The position numbers and the translations under genes were made by a program. 64,000 nucleotides of DNA, from assembly GCA_013265495.1 (NCBI GenBank), contig MU058198.1, positions 3,608,419-3,672,418 of the forward strand, read 5' to 3'. The notes below the pieces were generated by a model, which saw only the letters and a program-made list of their open reading frames with translations, made no database searches and was not told where the DNA came from. Each line of letters opens with the position of its first letter. Position 1 is the first letter of the stretch. Below are positions 1 to 12,325 of the stretch, in pieces. The DNA comes from Vicugna vicugna. Its lineage: Eukaryota.

Positions 1-59
1 TAATAGGGGACATTTGTCATGCTTTCTGACTTCTTAAACACCGTTTTTATGTTGGGAAA

Positions 60-520
60 TTCCCCACTTTATAAAACCTCTCCCCCCTGTAACGTAGAGT
101 TAAGGGACCCACTTTCCCAGTCTCTCTTGCAGCTAGAGCACAGACATGTGACCTGGGATCTGCTGATTGGATGCCTCCTGGCTGGACTTTGAATTGGCTG
201 CTAGTGACAGAAGGAGCAGACACTGGGCAGTGCATTCTGGAGAGAGAGGTGGTAGATATATCCAGACTACAGAGGCAGCTGTGGGAAGGCTTCTAGCCGG
301 TTCTGCCCCATGTGAATGTTGAATATTCACAGCATCTGTGGTGTGGACTCTAGAGTGGCGTCCGTGATTCCTCTGTGCACGGGTTCTGGGGTGTGGTTCA
401 GACGTTCCTCCCAGCTGTGTGGCTTCCAGTCACATTCTCTAGACTGCCCAGAGATGAAACACCTTTCCTGCCGAGGCTGGTTAGCGTGGGTTTCCATTGT
501 TTGTAAACAGCAGTCTTGAC
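60..520. mobile_element. Degenerate ERVL-class LTR fragment (LTR16/LTR33-like)
   Basis: ttcccagtctctcttgcagctagagcacagacatgtgacct resembles an ERVL LTR motif; boundaries uncertain. Confidence 0.4.
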
Positions 521-534
521 TGCTGACAACCGTT

Positions 535-710
535 TAATGTGCATTATCTGATTTAATTCTCACGGTAACCCCGGAGAGGAGGCATCGTTACCCTGTTCTT
601 ACAGCTGAGGAAACTGAGGCATTGCCAAAGGTCACATGTCTGGAAAGTGGAGGGGCCAGGATTTGATCCAGATCAGCTGGCCCCAAAGCACGTATTTTTA
701 ATCACCACCG
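535..710 (-). mobile_element. MIR SINE
   Basis: ttaattctcac...cagctgaggaaactgaggc...aaggtcaca core. Confidence 0.75.
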
Positions 711-1134
711 ATCTTCTCTAAGAGATTCGTGGGTGTGGAAAGATCTTTGCAGATCCGCTTGTCAGTGGTACAGGGGTTCATTAGGTCCATGCCTGTTGAG
801 TTTTCGCTGACAATATACATTTTTCCCAAGGAGCTGTACTAGGACCTATAACAGTTCTGATGACAATGATTCAGGCATAATCCCTTGACTTCTGCCTGTA
901 GCTTATATTTTGTGAGACCACAGATGAACAGCAGAATGTTTGCACTCTTCTAGAGTCTACAGGCAGATGCTGGGGGGTAAAGAATGAGATTGATACTCAG
1001 AGGAGAAAGGAAAAACTATCTTCTGGGGCTTTCTTAGAAAAGAAAGGGAAAGGAAGCCTTGGCTCAAGCACCAAGACTGGTTAGAAAGTGAGCCTGGCCA
1101 CCACCTACTGATCTTCCTCTTCTGTATTTTTCTT

Positions 1135-1290
1135 CAACAGATATTTTTGAGCACTTGGTATTTACTGATTCAACCAGTATTTATTGAGTGCCTACTGTAT
1201 GGCACACATGGTTGTAGGTGTTAGAGATCCAGCAGTGAAGTGGGCAGACAAGCTCTCATAGTTTCTGATTCAGGGGCAGAGGATGTGGTC
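1135..1290 (-). mobile_element. L2 LINE 3' end
   Basis: attcaaccagtatttattgagtgcctactgtatggcac. Confidence 0.7.
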
Positions 1291-1337
1291 TGGAGGGCAC
1301 AAAGCCAGCAGGTACAGGCCGGTTTAAGTGCTGGTAT

Positions 1338-1990
1338 TAATACAGGGAACTGTGGGGTGAGAGGATGGCCATATCCCAGGTCTCGGTTGAGTCCCTGGGA
1401 TGCGCCCGTCAAGTGTGGGTTCTTGGCTTCACGCAGGAGAGAATTCAAGAGGGAGCCGTAGTTGAGTAAAAGTAGATTTATTCAGAGAGATACACACTCC
1501 ATAGACAGAGTGCAGGCTGTCTAAAGGAAGAGAAAGGCCATGAAGTGTGGGGGTTGGGTGCTTAGTTTAAAGTAAGAGCAGACACACACTCCGTAGGCAC
1601 AGCGTGGTCCATCTCACTCAGAAGGGGGGGCAGCCACGAGGTGTGGGGCTTGTTAGTTTTTATGGGCTGGGTAACTTCATATACTAACAAGTAGAAGGAT
1701 TATTCCAACTACTTCAGGGAAGAGGCTGGGATTCCCAGGAACTGGACCACCTCCCACTTTCTGACCTTTTATGGTCAGCCTTGGGACTGTCACGGCGCCT
1801 GTAGGCGTGTCATTTAGCATGCTAATATATTACAGTGAGCCTATAAGGAAGCCCGAGGTCTACTGGAAGTCAAATCTCCCACCATCTTTGGCCCCAAGGT
1901 CTACTGGGGGTTGAATCTCCTGCCATCTTGGTGCTCATTGCTGTGTCATTCCTTGAATGGCTGTGCCCTGCCCCCTTCCTGCCTGTCTCA
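1338..1990 (-). mobile_element. Solo ERV LTR (ERV1-like), about 650 bp, antisense to PRKCB
   Basis: Minus strand begins TGAGACAGG (1990); AATAAA on minus at 1477-1482; internal direct repeats; 4-bp TSD-like gtat (1334-1337) / atat (1991-1994). Confidence 0.8.
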
Positions 1991-2679
1991 ATATCTCCAC
2001 CCCTAGTCCTAACCCTGCTCCCTAGGACTATACCATTCTCATCTCTGTTTCAAAGATGAGAAAACTGAGGCTGGGGAGCTTGAAGTCAACTGCCTGAGGT
2101 CCCACAGTTAGCCCCAGATCTCTGTGAGATCTGTCGGAGCCACAGGAGTCCAGCTAAACCTGACTCCAGATTGCGTCTCAGTCTGGGATGGGACTCAGAA
2201 CCTCTTTTTCGTTCTTCACTTAGGCGGAAGGACCAGCCTCCTTCAGTCCCCCCAATGCTGCCACCACCCACAATGTCCCAAGGAGCCTGGCTGTGAGGCG
2301 GATGTGGTCCCCCCAGCTGCCCACTTCCTTGCTGCTTCTGCCAACAGCAGCTTCAGCCCTTCTGATATGAGGGTTTTTTTTTTTTTCTGTTGATCCCTTA
2401 GGGGAAACAGATGTGGGTGGGGAGGATGGTGAGACACCCACACTCACCTAAGCCCGGAAGTAACCCAAGTTCCAGACTCTTTGTGCCTCAGTGGTTATAG
2501 TGACTTCCTTCTGAGTTGTGTGGCCCACTGGATACCCCCCAGCTGTCCTCCTCCGCACTCCATTGTCTCCCTGCTTTTCCTCTGCTGGATGAACCTCCTT
2601 CCAGTCCCATCCCCCGCTTAGGCAGGACTCCCTCCTTGAGACTTGGCCTCTTAGTACCAGACGAGCGAAAAGCCAAACA

Positions 2680-2900
2680 CTGTGGTTAGGAGTAGGGGTT
2701 TCTAGAGCCAGACCTAGGTTCAAATCCCAGTGGTGCAATTGTCAAGCTGTGTGGCCTCAAACAAATTGATTAGCCTCTCTGTGTTTCGTTGTAAAATAAG
2801 TGAGTGTACCTACGTCAGAGGGCTGTAGAGGTAAGGCACCTAAAGATCTTGGCTCGGTGCCTGGAACAGAGTAAACAGTTATGTGTTGCCTGTTTCTATT
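2680..2900 (+). mobile_element. MIR SINE
   Basis: tctagagccagacctaggttcaaatcccag...gctgtgtggcctc...gtgcctggaacagagtaa. Confidence 0.75.
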
Positions 2901-4317
2901 ACTTGGGGGAACAGAAAGGGCTTCCTGATGTCTACGGGCCCCTCAGGCCTGGTGCCCCACCTCTGAGGCTTGACTCTGCCTTCCAGGGCGGTGCCTCCCT
3001 GCAGTTTCACTATAGCAAAGGCCTCTCCTTGCTGTCTATTTTGCCTTTGTCTCTTGGTCTGTTTCCTCCCTGCTCTACAGAGTGAACAATCACACACAAA
3101 GCCCTCCTTGTCTCCGGTCCCTGTTTCTCTCTTGTGAGTGAGAAGCATGCCTGAGTGCCCTGGTTTGCCCCTGAGGAGGACAGGAGGAGTGGCCATTATT
3201 GAAGGAGCACTTTAGTCCCTGGGTAGCAAGCCTTGTTCTTGCCTTGTCCCCTGCTCCTGCTCCCAGATCTGTTAGCCTGCTTGAATCATCCCCCACCCCT
3301 GGTATCCCGGAAGAATCCTGGGGAAGGGTGTTTGAATAAAAAAAAATCCTCTGCAGCTCAGAGAAGTAGCAGTATGTCCCCTGCTTAACTCAATTCTACA
3401 GGGAATTGCTGAGTGTCTGTCACATGCAAAGCACAAGGGAGGAGGAAGACGAATAGCAGAAGTCATAGGATGCTGGTTCCCCCACGTATGAGGTGCTTGA
3501 CTGTGCTGTTCCTCTTTTATGCAACCCGCCTGGGTGCCAGCACTGGGAATTACCCACCGTTTCCATTTCTGCTAAACAGATGGATGAGAAAGTGCCTTGT
3601 GTTTGCATTTCCTGGATGTCCATGCAGTTGGGCGCGTCTTCCTGTGTTGTTGCCCGTCTGCATCTCTTTCTCTAGGGATTCTCCCTTCCTGTTACGTTGT
3701 TCATTTTTCTAGTGGGCTTATTCTTGATGATGGATAGTAGCCGTCTTTACATACTGTGGCTACTCATCCCTTCTCTGTGCTGTGTGTCGCAGACAAATCC
3801 CCCTGGCCTGTCCTGTGTCTTTCCTTTCTTTGTTTATGAGTTGTTCTGTCACGTGGACCAGTCTTTACAGTGGCTTCTGGGTTCATCTCCCCAGTGACAG
3901 CACTATTGATTTGTGCTGTGTGAAACTTGAGGGCAGGGACTACATTTTATTTATCTCTGTCTCCTTAGGGACCAGTGCAAGGCTAGGCACAGAGTTTTGT
4001 GCCTGAATGAGTTTGCTTTTATTTATTTATATGTTTGTTTGTTTATTTATTCATTCATTCATTTATTGAATTTAATTTCATTTTGCTGAAAACAGGCTTT
4101 ATGCCTGAAGGAGGGAGTGAATGAGAAAATGCATGCTGCCCGTCCTGCAGAGATGGGGTCTGCAGCAGTGAAGGGAGTGAGTCAGGGAGTGAATCACACC
4201 CTCTTCCTCGGCTCAGCTGACATTTCAGTTGCCCTGAGCAGAGAAGCCCCTGCTAATTCCAGGGAGCATCCCCTTTCCTGAGCCGGCACAATGGGATTCT
4301 GCTGGCTATCAAACTTG

Positions 4318-4352
4318 GGTGTGTGTGTGTGTGTGCGCACACACGCACGTGT
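4318..4352. repeat. (GT)n/(CA)n alternating purine-pyrimidine tract
   Basis: gtgtgtgtgtgtgtgtgcgcacacacgcacgtgt. Confidence 0.85.
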
Positions 4353-5714
4353 AGGGCATCTATTAAAAATTCTGAGTGGTATCATGTTCTGTGTATATGT
4401 GAACAAGGCTTACAGATTCTATGAGAGGATGTGTGTTTGTGTGTACGTGTTGAGGGGCTGAGGAGAGAGGGATGAGGGTGTGTGAAAAATCTTTGCGCTG
4501 TATTGTGTTTGCTGCTGGGAGGATGGGGCGGCTGGAGAGGGGATTAAGCAGTTCTGGGAGGCATCCTTGAGCTGAGCTTCCTGAAGTCTCTGGATCTGTG
4601 GCCACGTGATGCTCTTCCTGGTCCATGTGGCTGGCTGCTGTCCCCGTTGCTGAAGGCGCTTCTGTTTAGTTTCCAGCCGCTTGACTTCTCCATTGTCATT
4701 TTCCAAAGCGGTAGAGAATGCCAGTTAGATTGTTAGACCCAAATAAGCAGAAATGTGTGAAAACATCGTAAATATTTACTGTCCCTTTAGTGGAGCAGGT
4801 TATTGCCATGGAAATGCTCTGCACACGGGGATCTGGGTGGGTAGTGGAGGGAAGCTGGCCCAGGAGCTATGGGAGTATTTGGATGCAATGCCGCCAAATT
4901 GGCAGGTTGAGGAGTGAGCGCTGGGGGTTTGGAATGCGCAGTGTGATTGGGTGGGGCTGTTAACCATGGTCCCCAGGCAGCCTTACAGGGAGGGTATTTG
5001 TTTACTGCTTACCACGTGCAGGGGATTGCTCCGAGCCTCCTATGTGTGTTACTGCATTTAATCTCCATGGCAACCCTCTGAGATGCCATTATCTTCCTGG
5101 TTTACTGAGGCACAGAGCTTGAACAACTTACTCGGAGGTGCTCAGTCAATGAACGGCAGAGCCCCGTGACTGTGGTTCTCCGGAGCCTGTGCCTTCATCC
5201 CTTAGCTGTCCTGCTCACCATGATTTACTCCAGAGAAAGCTAACTGGCCGTCTACAGGAGTTTTACTTTTCAACATTGGACTTGTTGCCAGCATTCAGAA
5301 ACCATAGACAGTTTCTGTCTTCTCTTGAAAATATGGATGATCTGGCTACGGAAGGACGGGGTTTGGGGGGTAGGGGGCGGGGCTGCCCTTCCCTGGTGTC
5401 TGTCCTCAGCAGTTGCCCTGTTTAGCTGGGGCATCCGCTCTCCAGCCGGCACTGGGCAGCCTTGTGTTGCAGCTGGGAGAGAGCGCCTGGCATGATACTC
5501 CGGGGCTGTTTGAATTAATTGAGAATTGTCTACTGAGGACTTTTCATCCTGTTAGAAATTATGTTTAATTTTAGCTGTTGTTTTCATTTGCCAATTAGAG
5601 AGCTTTTGGGATTATTTGATTTTCTTCCTGTGGTCTGGAGAATTTGTGGGTGGTTGAGTGAAGAGCTTCATGGCAGGAAAGAAAGGGCTTCCACAGGAGA
5701 TGTAATGTGTTAGT

Positions 5715-6100
5715 GTATTCATTCATTCATTCATTTGTGCATTCATTCAGCATGTTCAGTGAGTCTTAGGTGCTGGAGTTAGCATGAATGAGAGTCTTTC
5801 CTTCAAGGAGCTCACCATCTAACCGGGAGAGATGCAAATTGGCATGATTGGGGTGCATCCAAGCAATTCTGAGAGTGAATAAGGGGATATCTGTTCAAAT
5901 CTTGGGGTTAGGTCAGGGAGGCCTTCCAAGAGGAGGTGACGTCTATTGATACTGAAGAATGGGTGGCTACAGTTAACCAAGCAAAGAATAATTAGGGGAA
6001 GAGCATTCCAGGCTGAGGGGATAGCATGTACAAAGGCTGGAAAAGGAGAGCATGGTGCATATGGAGAATGCCTGCAGGTTCAGCATGGCAGGAGCAGTGC
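5715..6100 (-). mobile_element. L2 LINE 3' region
   Basis: (attc)n tail, ccttcaaggagctcac, gtcagggaggccttccaagaggaggtgac, gagcattccaggc. Confidence 0.75.
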
Positions 6101-6754
6101 TGTGTGTGTGTAGCGGGGGGGGGGGTGGTGGTGCTCAGTTTATAAGTAAAACCAAACAGTTACTCGCATTTCCTGGATTAAATTCTTTTGGGCCCAGGTT
6201 GGTGGGGAAACAGCAGCACAGGGTGCAGCAGAACCAAACCTGGGGGCAGCATTAGGGGCTGCAGAGATCCTTTTACAGCCAAGAGCCACTTGATGTAGGT
6301 TTGGCTTGGTAGGTCACATCTCTCCTGGTATTATCTGAGGACTTTTAGCAAAGCTTCCTGACTTGGCTCCCTTTTGTTTGAGATTCTGCTCTTTAGAATT
6401 ATTCCTTTGGCCCTAAGCTTGGTCTGAAGTTAGAAGGCATGGCCATATCTCTGCATGCTAGCTGGGTTCTTCAGGTTGCAAAGGAAATGCTGGCCCAGAA
6501 TACCTTAGATGGAGTGGGGGTTAATTGCAGGTGTGTATGAGGGAATAGGATGGAGGGGAAAATGATCTCAACAGCCACGTGGTTACTCCATGGCAGGGTG
6601 CTTTATCACCCCTGTTAGAGAGCTGGCACTGTGGGCATCTATCCATCTACTTTCTAGCTCACCAAAGCTATCTGCTGGTGTTTATCTCTCTACTCAGGGG
6701 AGGCCCTGGTTGGTTTAATTTGACACTATCTGGTATGGAAAATACATGCCATTT

Positions 6755-6806
6755 ATCCATCCATCCATCATCCACCCATCCATCCATCTGTCCATCCATC
6801 CATCCA
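6755..6806. repeat. (TCCA)n tetranucleotide repeat (tail of the adjacent L2)
   Basis: tccatccatccatcatccacccatccatccatctgtccatccatccatcc. Confidence 0.85.
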
Positions 6807-7294
6807 ATTCCATAATAGATGTTAACTTAGCACGTACTCATGTGTCACGTGATGCTGGATTCTAGAATCACAGTAATACCTAAGACAGATACAGTCACTG
6901 TTCTCAAAGAGTGTACAGCCAGAGAGCAGTCAGACATTGACTGTGATGAATGCTCCAAAAGGACTAAGATAGTACGTGAGTCTAAGACTTGCAAGTGGAA
7001 TGTAGGTAGCTGGGCAGAAGGAGGGGGTTAGGGAAGGCCTCTTACGCTAATTTTTGTGACCATGAGTGCTCTGTTAGTTTCCTATGAGAAGAGCCTCAGG
7101 GGCTCTTGCAGAAGGACCTTCCAGGGGGAGTTTCTCAGAGGGGCCATCAGCTTTGCAGGCTCTGTACTTCCTGGCCTAGTTGGGAGGTGTTTTATATCAA
7201 GAACCCTGGCTGGACATTTTCTCCAACGGGGGTAAGCTTACCAGCTCCTTTTATGAGAGTCAGTGGAGGTGATGGGTAGAGGCAGGAGTTTGGG

Positions 7295-7545
7295 AGTGGT
7301 AAGCACACACGTTCTGAATGGGCGGTTCAGCCTGGGCATTCCAGCCGGAACACCTTGGTTCCACTCAGCTGCACTGCCTGCTATGTGATACTGTGGTTTC
7401 ATGCCTACGTTTGTTTCCTCAGCTGTAAATTGTGAATAACGTGCCCCTATCATAGGGTCACCGTGAAGGCTCAATGAGTTGGTAAGGCACGTAGAACAGT
7501 GCCAGGCACAGGATAAAGGTAGGCACTTAATAAATGCTAGCCATG
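7295..7545 (+). mobile_element. MIR SINE
   Basis: tttcctcagctgtaaat...catagggtcaccgtgaagg...cagtgccaggcaca. Confidence 0.7.
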
Positions 7546-8479
7546 CGTTGGAGTATCATGATTATGGTATGAGCCAGTCTGGCCTAATTTTGACAGCTCT
7601 TTCTTGGATGGACTGTAATTGTGCCCTTTCACACCAGATTTCTGATATATCCAGCCTTCCGAATTAATTCCATTCATGACTGCTCCCAGGCAGGTTCTTC
7701 ACTGACTCTGGGGTCCCATTCTTGCCCCCACCCCCAACACAGAGCAGTGTCTCAGCCTGGCCCAGGGTTCTGTATCTGGGGATATAAGTGCAGCAGGCCA
7801 GGTGGAGGTATTCTCTGGGGAGGAGCAGCCCTAAGAGGTTAGGATTGGCGCTAACATCACAGAAGCATGCGGAGAGGTAAGGGGCAGGCCCCAGCTCTCC
7901 AGTGCTGGGTAATGAACAGTATTGCCCCCGACCTGTCTCTCGTCTGCACTGGATGCTGCTGATGGTACTCCTCCCACCACGGACAGGGCCTGGGAGCGTC
8001 TCTCACCTCTGCCCAGAGCTGCCCATGAGTGACCAGGGGTTTCGGATGGAGAGAAACATGGTAGATGTGCGACGACTGAGGCCAAACAGGTGGGGCCTGG
8101 CCAGAGATAGGTTTGATTTCTGCTGAAAGGTTGGCATGCCAGGGGTCGGGTGGCCTCTGCATCTTAGGGCTGAGAAGAATTCACCTTTGAATTTGAACTT
8201 GGCTCCCATGCTGACTTTCTGTGCCATGAGGTCCTCAGTCATCAAATGGGAATACTTCACACTCACTCATTCATCCTCTGTTGCCTACATTTCTATCTAT
8301 ATGTTTTTTAATTACCGAATATCTTTGTATTTTTTGTCACCAAAGAAACACTCGTTATAAAAGAATATAACAATGTGTAATTGTGTAATCTAGATAGAAA
8401 GTTTCTACCTTACAGAGTACAGACTTAATGATTTAGCTGGATTGTCTTATGAAATATTTCTCTTGCAAATAGAAACACA

Positions 8480-8950
8480 TATTACTAATTAACAACAATG
8501 AAAGCATATCCTATATACATTTCTTACAGCCTCCCTTTTTTCTGACCTGTTACATCTTGGACTTTTTCCTATGTCAATGCCTTGTTTAGATCTACCTAAT
8601 TTTTTATTTTTTATTTTTTTACTATTTTTTACCTTATTTTCTAAATGGCTGCACTGTATTCTATGATATGGCGACCACTATATTATTTATTTATATTATG
8701 TTTACATTTATTATTTGGCCAATACCCTATTGATAGGCATTTGGATTGTTTCCAGTTTTTTCTCTATTTGAGCAGTGCATCTATGAACATTCTTGGGCAC
8801 CTCAGTGACTATTTCTGTAGAATATTCTTAGAAGTAAGATTTTTTAGGGCAAAGGATGTGAACGTTTTCATTTGTGGTAGATATTGTTAAATTGCTTTCC
8901 AAAAGGTTGTGCCAATTTATGCGCCCACCAACAGTGCGTGGAAGTGCCTC
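8480..8950 (-). mobile_element. Old L1 (L1ME-like) 3' region
   Basis: ggcatttggattgtttccagtttt; aattgctttccaaaaggttgtgccaatttatgcgcccaccaacag. Confidence 0.75.
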
Positions 8951-9520
8951 TTAGAAATATCTTTTAAAAGATAAAGTACCTATTGTTAAGTCATGAAACA
9001 CGCTTCAAGTAATTGCTGAAAATTCTTCCAGCTGTGGCATAAGCAACTCGGATCCCAGAGAAGACGGAAAGGTCCTGGGAAACAGGGGAACTTAATGTAT
9101 TAAAAGATGACATTTTGGATCAGTGGGAAAAGAATGGTTTATTTAATAAGTAATACTGGCATAATTGGGTGGCCACATGGAAGGATGGGAAATTTGATTT
9201 CTAACTCACCTCTTATTAAAAAAAAATTACAGATGAAGTAAATTGCAGGTGGAGTAAAGATTTTAAAGTAGAAATAATAAAGAATATTAGAGGAAATTTT
9301 AGGAGCATGTACTTATAACCTTGAGTGAGGAAAATCCAGAAGCCATAAAGGAAAAGATTAGACATTTTCCAATTATATAAAAATAATTTAACCTTTTTAA
9401 AGGAGAATGCATTCATGAATTGCTTATTTAAGAAATACTTTAAAAAAATAGACCCAGTAGATAATGTACAATGGTGTCCAAAATGAAAAAAGTTAAAGTT
9501 AAAAAAGAAAAAATTTTTAG

Positions 9521-10096
9521 ACACTAATTCAAAAAGATACATGCACCCCAATGTCCATAAGCAGCATTATTTATGGTTGCCAAGATCTGGAAGCAGCCTA
9601 AGGATCCATCAACAGATGAATGAATGAATAAAGAAGATGTGGCATGCACGTGCGCGCACACGCACACACACTGGAATACTACTCAGCCATAAAAAAGAAT
9701 GAAAATTTGCCATTTGCAACAATGTGGGTGGACCTGGAGAGTATTATACTTAGTGAAATAAGTCCAACAGAGAAAGACAAATACTGTATGATATCACTAA
9801 GAAGGGGAATCTAAAAAATACAGCATAGTAGTGCATATAACAGAAACAGAGCAGACTCACAGATACAGAGAAGAAACTAGTTGGTACCAGTAGGGAGAGG
9901 AAATGGGGTAGGGGTAAGGGATTAAGAGGTACAAGTTGCTATGTATGAAATAAGGAACACAGATGTATTGTACAGCACAGGGAAGGTAACCAATATTTTA
10001 CAACTTTAAATGGAGAATAATCTATAAAAATGTTAATCTTTATGTTGTGCACCTGAAACTAGTATAATATTGTAAATCAACTACACCTCAAAAAAA
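9521..10096 (+). mobile_element. 5'-truncated L1 3' end (ORF2 C-terminus, 3'UTR, A tail), within older L1 sequence from about 9100
   Basis: aaaagatacatgcaccccaatg...ttgccatttgcaacaatgtgggtggacctggaga...tgtaaatcaactacacctcaaaaaaa. Confidence 0.85.
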
Positions 10097-10750
10097 TCTG
10101 CTATAAACATTTGGCTGTTTAAAAAGTTTTAGGACATATGCATGTCCAGGAGACTATGCCCAGGGATTGGGATTCTGCGACTTGTAAGTCGAGTTGGCAT
10201 GATAAACTGGTAATTGTATGGCCCCTAAACCTGCTAAGCTCTGAAAGAGTAAAGAAAAGGGAAGGAAATGTTTTCTGTTTCTTTTATTTTTTGTTGTTTT
10301 AAGAAAGTTGAGTACCCACCCAAAGCCTCAGGTGTCCCAGGAGAGAGGAGATCAAAACACACCATCAAAACAAAGCTTCAGCCACGAGTTCTAGCATTCA
10401 GCAAGTCACAGTGCTCTCCGACTCCGTGCCTTGTCCTTTGTGATGCGTTGCCCTCCTGGCCCTCTTCAAGTCTGAGTTTCTCAGGCTGTTCCTGGGAAGT
10501 TTATTGCAGCCAGTCTCCACGCCTTCACCTCAGTACTTGTACCACCCATCCCCGAAGACACCTCTTTGTACTTTTCCCTTTGTCACCCCATCACCAGGGA
10601 ACCATGGTCAACAAAATTGAGTGCATGGCCCCACTCTCCTTAAAGTTAAAGCTGCATTCTCTGTACCTTCAGGGATCACCGATCTTAAAGTTAGTAATAT
10701 ATTTAGTAGGAGTCAGGCAGACCTGGCTCCAAATATGGGTTCTCCCACCT

Positions 10751-10925
10751 TTTTTTTTTAATTGAAGTACAGTCACTTACAAATGTGTCAATTTCTGGTG
10801 TACTGCACACTGTCCCAGTCATGCATATACACACATATATTTGTTTTCATATTCTTTTTCATTAAAGGTTATTACAAGATATTAAATATAGTTCCCTGTG
10901 CTATACAGAAGGAAAAATTTTTTAA
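10751..10925 (-). mobile_element. Very short young L1 3'-tail copy
   Basis: Poly-T then aattgaagtacagtc...gttccctgtgctatacagaag; flanked by tctcc(c)cac(c/t)ttt repeats. Confidence 0.9.
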
Positions 10926-10939
10926 TCTCCCCACTTTTT

Positions 10940-11768
10940 AAAAAATTGAAGTACAGTTTACAATGCATCAGTTATTTCTGGTGTACATCTTAATGTTTCA
11001 GTCATACATATACATACATATATTCATTTTCATATTCTTTTTCATTATAGGTTACTACAAGGTATTGCATATAGTTCCCTGTGCTATAAAGAAGAAACTT
11101 GTCGTTTATCTGTTTTATATATACTAGTTCATATTTGCAAACCTCAAACTTCCCATTTAGCCCTTCCCACCCTCTTTCTCCCTGGTAACCATAAGATTGT
11201 TTACTATGTCTGTGAGTCTGTTTCTGTCTTATAGATAAGTTCATTAGTGTCTTCTTTTTTCTTTTTTCAGATTTCATGTACGAGTTATATCATATGGTAT
11301 TTTTCTTTCTCATTCTGGCTTACTTCACTTAGAATGACAATCTCCAGGTCCAACCATGTTGCTGCAAATGGCATAATTTTATTCTTTTTTATGGCTAAGT
11401 AGTATTCCATTCCATTAGCTAAGTAGTATTCCATTGTATAAATATACCACAGCTTCTTTATCCAGTCATCTGTCGATGGGCATTTAGGTGGCTTCCAGGT
11501 CTTAGCTATTGTATATAGTGCTGCTGCGAACACTGAGGTGCATGTATCTTTTTGAATTAGATACGGTAATATATCCCTTTGGATATATGCCCAGGAGTGG
11601 GATTGCTGGAGCATATGGTAAGTCTATTTTTAGTTTTTTGAGGAACTTCTGTATTATTTTCCATAATGGCGGCACCAAACTGCATTCCCACAAACAGTGT
11701 AGGGGGGGGTTCCCTTTTCTCCACACCCTCTCCAGCAATTATCGTTTGTGGATTTTTTAATGATTAGC
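10940..11768 (-). mobile_element. Young 5'-truncated L1 (ORF2 C-terminus and 3'UTR)
   Basis: Minus ORFs 11285-11738 give L1 ORF2 motifs ([42 protein letters not shown]); TSD tctcccactttt. Confidence 0.95.
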
Positions 11769-12064
11769 TCTCCCACTTTTGAGTTGAATAACCTTATGTA
11801 AGTTCTAAGCCTCCTTCCCCTTCTCTATACAACGGTGATAAAATGGGACCACCTCCTAGCGTTGCTCTGAAGGTTGTTGTGGTGGTATTATTATTGCTCA
11901 GCACAGCACCTGGCGTTTAGGAAATTGCTAAATGTTAACTATTGTTGGCAACTGTTATTCCTTTTTTTCTTTCTTTGTGAGTTTAAGTGCCTCCTTACCA
12001 ACGCCTGCAGAAATACATTGGTCTCGCGCCAGGGTTGACGAGACCTCAAGTTCACTCTCTGCCT

Positions 12065-12325
12065 TAGAGGTAGCAGAGGGGTGGTTCAGAGCCAGACGCT
12101 GGACCCAGACTAACTACCTTCATTCAAATCCTGGCTTTGCCACTTATTTCTGTGTGCGCCTTGGTCAAGGTACTCGACATCTCTGTGCCTTATTTTCTTC
12201 ATTTGTAAAATCAGGATAGTAATGGAACCTAAGGTGATTCTTACCGGTATTAAATTAATGAATGTTTTTAAAACAGAGTATCTGGCTCATGGTAGGTGTT
12301 ATACAAACGTTTGTTAAAATGATTA
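12065..12325 (+). mobile_element. MIR SINE
   Basis: ttcaaatcctggctttgccactta...tttcttcatttgtaaaat. Confidence 0.75.

Noticed and set aside
10268..10765. 165-aa ORF (likewise 18438-18923, 42500-42970, 52201-52635, 62024-62479)
   Set aside because: No recognisable homology; several run through repeat remnants.
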